Shown here piece after piece: positions 9,708-20,500 of a stretch of DNA of 32,766 nucleotides. The notes under the pieces are model-generated. The model ran no database searches. It saw only the letters and a list, made by a program, of their open reading frames with translations, and was not told the origin of the DNA. The position numbers and the translations under genes are program-made. Numbering within the stretch: the first letter of the stretch is position 1; every line of letters starts with the position of its first letter. This DNA is from Corallochytrium limacisporum Hawaii (lineage: Eukaryota; Protista; Pluriformea). The stretch is taken from positions 1 to 32,766 of the forward strand of contig PDIP01000062.1 of the NCBI GenBank assembly GCA_002811645.1, in the 5' to 3' direction.

Positions 9708-9957
9708 NNNNNNNNNNNNNNNNNNNNNNNNNNNNNNNNNNNNNNNNNNNNNNNNNNNNNNNNNNNNNNNNNNNNNNNNNNNNNNNNNNNNNNNNNNNNN
9801 NNNNNNNNNNNNNNNNNNNNNNNNNNNNNNNNNNNNNNNNNNNNNNNNNNNNNNNNNNNNNNNNNNNNNNNNNNNNNNNNNNNNNNNNNNNNNNNNNNNN
9901 NNNNNNNNNNNNNNNNNNNNNNNNNNNNNNNNNNNNNNNNNNNNNNNNNNNNNNNNN
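9708..9957. other. Assembly gap (250 N) within C-rich low-complexity DNA
   Basis: N run flanked by poly-C tracts; the left flank ends in AGATCGG. Confidence 0.98.
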
Positions 9958-10244
9958 CCCCCCTTCCCCACGTCTCCTGCTTTTCCCTTCTTTAGGTCTC
10001 CTCCCCCCCCCTCAAGCCCCAAAATTTGGTTACTAGTGCTGTTTTCCTCCTCTCCAGGGTACCTATTTCAGACATTCAATACTCCCACTATAGAAAAAGC
10101 TGGTGCATCCACATGTCCCCGCATTGTCGCACCCTTCTTTGGTCCAAAATGACGGGTCCACTTTGAATATACCGCATATTACATCCCTCGTGTTGCGCGG
10201 TTTCTACTCAATTAAGTGGCGAAGCGAAGAATACGGCCATATTC

Positions 10245-10318
10245 TGCGGATGGATACAGACGGACGTATACAGACCATCCCTCCCCCAGCTGCAAAATAG
10301 GGTCTGTATCCATCCGTA
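10245..10318. repeat. Inverted repeat / hairpin (15 perfect bp, 17 with one G-U; 40-nt spacer)
   Basis: TGCGGATGGATACAGAC (10245-10261) pairs with GTCTGTATCCATCCGTA (10302-10318). Confidence 0.85.
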
Positions 10319-13300
10319 CCGATTCTAGCCAATGTACACCGTACTGAGCAAGACGAAAGAGAGTTTCGTGAAGAACGTCCGCTTCGGTCGCTCGAGGGAA
10401 CCAAGGGAAAAGCTTGTGGGCGCCCCTAAACTTAGTAATCAGTTACCAATAGAACACGGAAGTTTGAAACAAGCGCGACCCTAACCTATTGAAGGTTTGA
10501 CTTTACGCAGACGTCGCCATCGGCGTACTTTGGCTTCTAATGAGCCACTGCGTGCCGTCACAATTCTCGTTTTAATTTTTGCTGAAAACAAAAGATCTTT
10601 CCGCTTTTCACCCTCCCTCCCAGCGCCCCCCCCCCTTTTGACTCTATAGTCCAATGAATCTAGCCTACGACTCGTGGACGGGTCCCGCCTTTGCATCGGA
10701 AGGCCATATGCGCGTTTCAGTTCTTTGAGTATACTGACAGCCACGCGGAAGGAAGGGAAAACGTGGCAAAGCACTAACGAAGCATTCAAACCGAGACGAG
10801 AAACGTTAGGAGTGCATCCACAACGTATCCATTTTTTATCGCGGGGTACTGGGGAAGATCTTGAAACGTCCATTTTCATAGTGTATATATGACAGTTTAT
10901 TTCACTGTTTGCCAAACGCGCGCGCAAAAGCTCACAGGAAACACACATAAGTCCAACATACCCACACGGCCAAACTCGCGATTGCGAAGGCACGATGAGA
11001 TCTTCCCTTCGTGTGCTTGTACCCCACCGCACCCGTGTTGACCCAAGGTAATCCCTTCCCGTTAGCTTCCCCCCCCCTTTTCTCGTTCACCCCCTTGTCC
11101 CCTTTTTTGGCACTCTCCCGCTTAGAGGTGGAGTAAAGTCGCGGTGTCATTTTCTTTCAATGAATTCCCTACTGCACAAGTTCACTTAATATAGATGTAC
11201 CTTTCCCGTTGCATCACTTGAAAGTTATCATGCAAATTCGCAGGGTACTATCACCAGGTCTGCTTTTGGAGGGGGAGGCCAACAAGACGAACCAAACGAG
11301 CACAAACGTGGGGGGGGGTTGACAATGCCAGTGCATGCCAGCAACTATGTAGCAGCTGGGCACAAGAGAATAAGCATCGGTTTGGATTCGAAAACTGGGG
11401 ATACGAAGTGTTTGTAAAGTGGTAAGTTGTCCCAACTAGTCTTATTCTGCATGATCATCGTGAACATACGACAAAGAAACCAAGCAGCAGGTGATGACTC
11501 TGAAGATTTCCTAGACTCAAGACTATGAATCGTACACTGTCTCTCCGACAAACCAGTTCCGAACACGATTGATCGCAGCGTTATGAACTGACCACTGCCG
11601 GAATTCAGCTTTGCTACATCAACCCAGTCAAGTGTTCTTATGTAGTGCAAGGACACATCGAACACAGGTTCATCACATAGAGGAACTGAAGCGTGCCAAG
11701 GGGGCGGTACAAGCCACAAGCCCCCGAAGGGATCGCAGGGAAAGAAGACAACTCAGGAGAATGACAGCCTACGAGATGCGACTTTAAGCAAATGCTTAGG
11801 TGTTCATCTAGAGCATGGGCAAAGGGTCCAGCCATACGTACCAATTTACAGCTCAGGGGATGGCCATCATCCGCGGGTTACAATCTGGAGAATGCGCTCT
11901 GGACAATTGTAAGCGGTCTCGCGTACTATACTTCTCAATAAAGGATTACACAGGCAGTCAAGTGACGACCCACAAAAATACCCGAACTCGATTAGCTGGC
12001 GAAAACATCCGAACTCTCGCGCGCACATGTTTCCGCGAATCTCCTGGGTATTTTTGCAGTATAGTTACTATGAGTATCGATGAACCAAAGGAATCCTTAA
12101 GCAAACTGAAATATGGCGACGTAGCTTTCGCAACAAAACTTGTGTTCCATTGAGTCCTAGTATGCGTCAAAGCGAACGCGAAGTTTGGAACATGCTGGTA
12201 CACACAAGGGCCTGTCGATACATAGGACATTCTACCCTTCCAAGAATCTTGTAAATATTCACAGCATTGTCGTACAGTAGGTGATGGACACTGATGATGT
12301 TTCGGTCATGGCCGAAGCAATATGTAGGAAGACCAATCAAGGGGCCGGTTTGCGATAGAGGCCAATGAATTCTGTGGCAAGATATAGGGCGTGATTGCTC
12401 TCTCCACATCAATCAAAAGCTTGCTTTGCTTGTCGCGATGGATGCTTTGAGGGGGGGCCGGCCGCTGTTTGGGTTGCGAAGAACAAGAGGAGCTATGATG
12501 CAGATCACCGTGCTTGGTTGGTGAGCATCCATGCAGTGCTGTGAATTAGTCTAGCCAACCCAAACGATATCGATGATGCCATGCAGGGTATCCCTTGCAG
12601 CATTCAAAAAGAAACATAAGAACCGGCACTCTGTGGCCATCGGAGACCGAAAGGAAGAGACGACAGATAGATCGTTTGGCCCCATCCATTCCGATGTCTT
12701 ATGGCCGAGAATCACTTAAAACAGGTAGGTCTCAGCGTTTCGTCGGTCGCGAACATCACTTCAACTCATGTGTTTTGCATGCTCATCTATTTAATACAAG
12801 TCTCATCAGCTGCCGCTCCATATCCCCAACATGTCATGACTGGCGGGGACCACAGTAATCGACTTCCGTTTAGCTGGGATATCCGCTTCTGCAATGGGGC
12901 CCGAACTGTGACCGGCGCGAGCGAGGGTATATATTTTGCAAGCCTCATCTTTTTGGGCCGAAGAGTGTGAGAGACGTTGCGGGGGGTGGTGCCTTGCTCA
13001 TGAGTTGGCACATGGAGAGAGTGTTGTAGACCCTGAAAACCAGGGAAAGCAGCTCTTGCGGGTAGGGTTCTGGATATCTTGGCATCCACACGGCCGTGGT
13101 TTGGGAGCGAATGCGCGTCATGCTTGAAGGCAGCCGTCCAGCCTTATCAAAAGTGTTGGGGCTGAAGGAAGCTGCCCATATTTTTTTTTCTTATTATTTC
13201 GTGTGCTCCTGGCTTTCCATTGAGCGAGCGAGGAGGGAATTTTATTGTGCCAGCCAATACTACTTCCCAAAAAAGCAAGCGCATAGGTGTTCTGTGGATG

Positions 13301-13735
13301 GATAGGATTGATTGCTGTGTGGTCAAGTACACCACTACCAAGAAACACGGATCAACCAAAGAGGGCATCCCAACAATGATCCAGAAACCGGGCGACTCTG
13401 TGGGCGGTCCCCGGACCGAAGTCTATGCTTTTTCTACGGAATTATGACTAGCTATTGCTCTCCCGCACCGACCTCCAGGCTCCCCATCCAAGAACATCGG
13501 GGAAGTAGAACACTATTGGGCACAATGGAGACTTTGCATGTCCTAATCATATTCCAAACGCTTTAGTGCAGTCAGCACCAGCCCAATCCATGTGGAACGT
13601 GGGCACAATCAGAGGGAGGAAAAATGGCAGCCACCCTACCTCTGGGTTTCCTTAGCTCGCAAGTGCAGAATGACCTGACACCTGAAGTTGACGAGCATCG
13701 GGAACCAGCGGCCTACAGGGATTGTCCGAACTCTG

Positions 13736-13759
13736 GTGCGTGTGTGTATGTGTGTGTGT
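13736..13759 (+). repeat. Imperfect (GT)n microsatellite
   Basis: GTGCGTGTGTGTATGTGTGTGTGT. Confidence 0.75.
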
Positions 13760-15260
13760 AGTTGGTAGCACCGTGTTGCGGGTCTGCTATTGAATACCAC
13801 TATCGAGTTCGTCAACACCCGATCTGGATACATTCTCTTAGTCAATAATTAATAAATGTGATTGTCCACCACCGGCGATGCAAGTCCCAGACTGCAAAAT
13901 CCGAAGTGTCCTGCAGAGGCTGGGTGCTCACCGCGAGACTAATGTCCATCCAATTATTCTTGAAGTTAGGACTGCGATACCATCACGGATAGTCTGCGGC
14001 ATGCAGGGGTCTGTCCAGGGCATAGAACACTGTGCGGCGGTATGCAGTAATTAATCTAATGACATGGTGCTAGGGTTACCCCTCTGAGGCAAATGAGGTC
14101 CAGAAGATGGTGGGTCTGCGATGCAAGAGGGCGCGTGCTGGTGACCTCCTTTCCAAACAGCCTCGGGATTCCAAACAGTAAGATCGATAGCGGGAGATGC
14201 AATATGAGAAGTATGAAATTGTTGCTGTATCTCAATGCATACACGGTTTGGAATGTTAGAAATTGCGGATGCACTCAACAGGATACGCTCGGTTTCAAAT
14301 ATTGCGATCAGAAACCTTGGGAATAGCACGTACTTTACTTCTTTGTGGAAGGAAAAAGAAGGATCTTGCCTCAGGGCACAACTTCATGAGCGACGCATCT
14401 CGTCTTTTGCCCTTGCCATATTTAATGTACCAGTTATGTCTCTTGTAACCTGTGGCAGCCTCACAATTGATCAGAAATCGTTGACATGATACGAGCATCC
14501 CAAAACCACAGCGAGCTCGCCACCGAGTCAATGTGTAGGTGTCAGTTTCTAGGAAAGCACGAGTCCTTCGAAGCCTTGGAAGGAGAACTAGAAAGAGGTT
14601 AGAAACTTTAAGCGATGAGAAATCTTCTCCACGAACTCTTCCCTCGTCTGCATACATATTGGCAAGCCAATGCCGGCCCGTGCACCCATATCACTGCATA
14701 GAACACAGAGATTGCGAGATAGTGAGTTTCCATATTCTGCGCGCACAAGAGGCACTCTCGCTCGCCAAACGTGTCCATCCCAGCTATTTAAGCGCGCTCT
14801 TCCAAGGCTCAGAAAAACCCAAGCATAGTCATTCCAAATTGTGTCCATAGAGACTTCCAAAATGACAGTTTCACTTGTAGCTCCACCGCACCCTTTTTCG
14901 TGCCCGAGGCACACTGGGTGCCTTTGTTCGCCGTCACGCTTTGGTGGCTGCCAATCACTCGCATACTCGGGGAAGGCAGCCACGGTCGAAAGGAGCGACG
15001 GGGCATATATTGACGCCAAAGGTTAACGATGAGAATCAATTGGGCCAATGTTTGGAATGTACAGACGGAACAGAATTTTCGTACGGGTTGAAGGATTGTG
15101 ACGACCCAACAGCCACTTTTTCACAACGGGTTCTGGAAGACCTAATGAAGCACGTCGTTCCTGCACCAGTGGACACACCAATTAGGTCCACTATGCAGAT
15201 GAGGAAGATTTTTGGTATTTTCTACACACTCCCTTCACATCTCCACGCACGTTCTCCCTA

Positions 15261-15265
<5 letters not shown>

Positions 15266-15316
<51 letters not shown>

Positions 15317-15437
15317 GCGNNNNNNNNNNNNNNNNNNNNNNNNNNNNNNNNNNNNNNNNNNNNNNNNNNNNNNNNNNNNNNNNNNNNNNNNNNNNNNNNN
15401 NNNNNNNNNNNNNNNNNNNNNNNNNNNNNNNNNNNNN

Positions 15438-15487
<50 letters not shown>
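15266..15487 (+). repeat. (CT)n microsatellite spanning an assembly gap (N 15320-15437)
   Basis: About 24 CT units on each side of a 118-N gap; each block ends in CGCGCG. Confidence 0.95.
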
Positions 15488-15495
<8 letters not shown>

Positions 15496-16806
15496 TCGCT
15501 CACAGTTTCACTCTCACTCTCGCCTTCTCTTCATTCACAGCCCATCGCGAGATCATCGAAAGAATGGTTCTCTCGCACAGTTTTCGCTCGCGTTCTTAAA
15601 AAACTGACACACTCTCCCATCCATTCACTATTGAAACTACAAAACTTACGCCGCCTGTGACCTCCTGTGACTGTTTCTATTTCGGTGTACTGGATTCTCT
15701 GCAGTGTCCACTGCGTACCGACGGCGGTCTGCCGCTGGTCTGGACAAAAACCGTCTGCGAGTTTCATATACTCATCATGTCCAGAGTGTACTGTATAGTG
15801 ACCATCAATCATCGCCCCGTTCTTCTCCCATACACTAGGGGGGTCCATCCGTTTCTCTGCTCCCCCTCCCTTCGTAAACAAATGCGAATCTTGTGATGCT
15901 ATGAATCGCTCGCTCCTACCTGTGCCCAGCGAGAGCAACAACAAACGGTCAAAAAGACTGGGTATTCTGTGCACACTGAATAACAAAGGACAGTGTTGCG
16001 TCAATCCGGCACAACAGCAGATCTCTCAAAAATTTCAGTTTCGCATTCATAATTCGATGCTCTCGGTATATTTTGTATGCCGAAAAAAATTTGCTGAGAG
16101 GGGCCCATCGGAGTGAGTGAGAGCGCCTAAGGGCAGTGTGCTAGGGATTTAATCATTTTGGGTGCTGCTAATTTACCTGGGGGGTCTCTGTTCGCATAGC
16201 AAATAACTGACAACTGTTACCATCTTTGGGTCGAATCTCCCCATCTCACAAACTCTGAATGACGGTCCACATTTTGGAGGACTTTTTGACGCGCATCCAT
16301 ACACACCGATGGTTTGCTCATCATTTGATCCGTGCGCCGTGCAAACCGTAATGCTTGGTAGAGACTGCTGGTCACAAACACGCACCAACCCTCCAGGGTC
16401 AGCTAACACGGTGGGTTGCGAATGTGCTACAATAAACCCGTGAACGGCTGTTTAGGGGGTAATTGTCTGGGTCGAATGTATTGGATTGGGCACCACTGTG
16501 CGTAATCCAACAGCAAACTCTCTGGCGAGGCCACAAGCGTTCGGAAAAACACGAACAAACTCCGAAACTATTTTTAAAGATGGCCGTATAATATAAATTT
16601 GAAAACTCCGTGCTTAGTACATTTACTATACTGTACGGTACTTCCACTATTGAAACTGGTGCTGAAGCGAAGAGGGGTGTCCCCCAATGATTTGCGATAT
16701 TCACGTTAGGGTACTCAGCTACTCACTCGGAACTAATTTTGTCTGGGTGTCAAACAAGAGGGGTCGTGCGAGTGAATCGCTGAGGGGTTTTGGAGAGCGG
16801 AGTTGA

Positions 16807-16902
16807 TTCTCAAGAGGGCAGGCCATTAGCGAATACATCCGACACCCGATCCCGGCGGTTTGGATGTATTCGCCAGTGGTCGCATGCATTCTCTAATGAG
16901 AA
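16807..16902 (+). ncRNA. Candidate structured RNA: long pri-miRNA-like hairpin
   Basis: The upper stem 16821-16842 / 16860-16881 pairs at 21 of 22 positions (3 G-U, 1 A-C mismatch), with a 17-nt loop. A bulged lower stem continues to TTCTCA (16807-16812) / TGAGAA (16897-16902). The structure is seen directly; expression is unknown. Confidence 0.35.
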
Positions 16903-17539
16903 AGGGGGAGGGGGCCGCGGAGGACGTTTGCTTTTTTCTTCGAGCGATCACTGGGACGGCCTTGCCTAGTGGTAGTGTCCTCCGAGGGGGATATCTTCTA
17001 TTGGAGAGCCATGCTTTCTTCTCTTTCCTTCTCGGCAGTTCTCAATAGTACGTCGGGTGCCAATCCATATTTACTGATTCATAGCTCAGAACCGTGTACG
17101 CAAATTATTTTATATACGGATATATATAATGAGACCAGTTCTCCCATAGGACAGTAAGCTGGGGTGGAGCCAATTCCACGCTTTCTCCCCTCCCCCAGCG
17201 TTGCCTCCACCGTCCGTCAGTTGCCGCCATTGACCGGGAGAGGAAAGACGGGGAGGGCCTGCTGGGGAAAGCGGGACCGGTGGTGGATGGTGTGCTCTTG
17301 GGGAGTACCGTGGTAGTAATATTATACGGTGGTTGGTAAGCATATAGATACGTTCATAAGTGTTTAGACCTTTCGTTCCACGTGCCTCCCTTGTCCGTCT
17401 CCTTTACTTTTTGGTTTTTGGTAAGTATAGTGGTGACGGCAAGCGGGTCGGAATTGAAAGGTTGGTAAAAATCTTCGGAGTTGCATGTTCGTGAATGAGA
17501 GAGAGTATGGCCTCAGTCAGGCAGGAGTTCGCTCAGTGT

Positions 17540-20500
17540 CTACAAAGACGGGACCTCACGAGTGGCAGGCTCGGGGTGGTACTCTTTGGCAGCATTCACG
17601 CGCTGCTTGCGCTGCTTGGCCTTGTAGGTGTACACACCACCAACCACTGCAGCGACGAACACCGCGCCACCGCAGACGCCGAGAGCAATGGCTAGAACAT
17701 CTGTTGAGCTGCCGCTGTCATCGTCGTCGTCTGGATCGTCAGTATTCTGGGCACCAGAACCAGTAACAGCGAATGCATCAGAAGATGCAGTGGACCCGTT
17801 GTCAGAAACAGCTTCCAGAGTCAGACCGTTAACAGTGTTCTCCGATTCCAACCTGATGCCACTGAAAGTGGCCACGCCTTGGCTCAGACGCTTGCGAACG
17901 ACAGAGTCAGAGTTGAAGTCGACGCCGGAGTCGCCATTCTGTCCGTCATCAAAACCAATAGTGAGGTAGTCGTTGCGGCCAGTCATGACGTTACCATCCC
18001 TATCCTTCATGGTAATGGTGAAGTCTGGAATAGCATCTCCAGACAGCACAGTGGATATGCCGAGGGAGCTAAATTGTATGGTTGGGATCTCGACATCGAA
18101 GGCAGCGGTCTCAGCGGAAGCTAGAGAAGCGGATGTGAACTGCAGCTGGTAGTCATCCTCAACTTGATCAATGGACAGTCCAGAGAATGTAGCAACACCG
18201 GCCTCAGCAGCAACAGTCAGGGCATCGGAGCTCAGAATTGCGTTGGGGTGTCCAGTGTTGTCCTTGATAGCCATTGTGATGGAGGCAGTGGAGGTATTCA
18301 CAATATCACCATTGAAGTCCTGAACCTGAACAACGACGTTAGGAATAGCCAGACCCTCAGTAACATCACTGGGAGAACCACCAGAAGTGATGGTCAGTCT
18401 GACAGCGAAGCCAGAGGCACCTTGGACAATGTAGTTATCAGAAGTAACGCTGGTCAGGCCATTGGCAGCCGCAATCAGAGTGTTGGCAGTTACCGGCGTG
18501 GTGGCAACGTCGTGTTTGAGATCGGTGAAGGTAGCTAGACCGTCCACAACGGTCTGGGTAAGGGTGCCAGACACCGTACCAGAAGTCTCATCTGCGGTAA
18601 GGGTAACAGATGTGGAGTCGTCAGTGGTAACAATGTTACCTTCGGCGTCAACGACGGCCACGACGGGCTGCTGCAAGAAGACCTCATTGTCAACAACACC
18701 AGCAGGTTGAGAGATAAAGCTGAGAGCGGCGGGATCACCCGGCAGTACAGTGAATGCGGCAGAAGTACCAGTGGTTGACACACCAGGCGCGGCAGCCTTG
18801 AGCTGCATGGCGCTGGCAGCCTTATTGACACTTAGATTGTTGAAGGTGGCAACACCGTTAGTGGCAGTGGTACGGACCGTACCAGAAAGAGCAACACCAG
18901 TTGGGGCAGTGCCATCCAAAACGGACAGGGTAATGGTACCTGTGGCACCAGTGACAGTGTTACCGTCATCGTCAACAAACGAAACCTGTACAGTGTCAGC
19001 CCAGGTTTCAGCGACCTGCTCCCCAGACGAAGGCTGGGAGGTGAAGGCCAGGCCAGTCGCACCACCAGCCTGTGCGACCTGGGCAGCCACAACAGCTGTA
19101 GCCTCGGCAGACTGTGGACAGGCACCCCCATCGAAAGTGGTGGCGGACTCCCAACCAGAAATCGCAGATGCAGGGCAATAGGTACCAGAAGCGCTGGTTG
19201 TAAAGCAGCGCAGATTGCCAGTGCTGGTAACATCGACAGTCAGGGCGACATATGTGGTGCCATCTGACTGCTGCTGGGCTACGATTTCTTCAACATATAC
19301 ACTGTTATCATGTGGAATGGACTCATCAATGGACAAGCAAATCTCAACATTGTTGAGGGCAGATCCAGCGGACTCGTAGACAATGCAGTCACCGCGGTGT
19401 TGCGCAATGTTCAGTCCATTACTGTTCTCAATATTGACATAACAAGGCACCTCATCAAGATCATCTGCTGCACGGCGGCGGCGAGAGGTTTCAGTGTCAG
19501 CCTCACGCTTGGGAGTGGACAACGCACCCAGGTTGATGGAAGTCTCCACAGAACAGTCTGCTACGGAATCGGCACCTACACCCAAAGCGAAGTCTCCGGC
19601 CTCAACGGTCTGGGCCTCTCCACAGTAAATGGATTCATCAGCCAGATCAACGGGACCAGTCTCAGTGGTGGTGCAGGCATCATTGGTGTTCACACCGCAT
19701 TCACAGGCCACAGTTTCGAGAATGGCCAGAACTCCGTTATTCTCACACTTCATGCGCTTGCGGACAGCGTGGGAAATCAGGGTAGCAATGGCATCTTCAA
19801 TGAAGCGGCGCATCTTGTCCTCGTTCACAGTGATAGCCACAGAGTTGCGAGAAGCCCACTCACGCTGCTTCCAGGTCAAGGGCGTCACAGCACCTCCTTG
19901 CCACTGGCCGCCGTGCCAGTTGTAGATTGTCTGAATTTCACCACCACATGCCTCGCACTCTTCCTGATCGCGATTGACGTTACTCCACGGGCAATTGCGA
20001 CCAGTGCAACAGGACTCCTTGGCGAGACACTCACTTCTGGTCTCAGCACGGTAGGTCCAGACACCACCACCATCCTCACAAGTTTCCTGAGTGTCAAAAT
20101 CGCCTTCGACAATGCAACCTTCCGGAGTCCAGCGCACCATACCGTAGTCGGCTTCCTCGTCAACATCACGGCGGTTCTGTGCGGACAAAATACCAGCAGC
20201 AGCCTTGTAACGGGTCATGGTGGATACAGGAACACGACGACCTGACCTAGTACGGCGATGGCCATCAACAACAGTCGTGTAGGCCTCACGACGGCGACGC
20301 ATTGGCGGCATGCCCATGTCGCCTCCCATGTCATCACCCGTCATATCATCACCCATCATGTCATCACCAAAGTCAGTGTGGTTACCATCGTCAGTGAAAT
20401 TACCGTCGTCGAAGTCGTCGAAACCATCCATGCCTCCACCGAAACCGCCGAATCGCATGTACTGATCGCAAGTTGGTTCGCCCCATTCGGCCATCTCCTT

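Noticed and set aside
9460-10152. ORFs spanning N gaps (also 14941-15660)
   Set aside because: Open only because of N runs and simple repeats.
12291-12325. Hammerhead-like CTGATGA followed by the hairpin TTCGGT-CATG-GCCGAA (also CTGATGA at 639)
   Set aside because: The required GAAA after stem II and stems I/III are missing.
16170-16300. U1 snRNA-like TTACCTGG, with a B-box-like GGGTCGAATC nearby
   Set aside because: No U1-70K or U1A loop motifs, no tRNA cloverleaf; short chance matches.
17543-17554. C-terminal VPSL of the giant protein as a PDZ or PTS1 signal
   Set aside because: Position -2 is Pro, which does not fit class I PDZ (S/T-x-hydrophobic), and PSL is not the SKL-type consensus.
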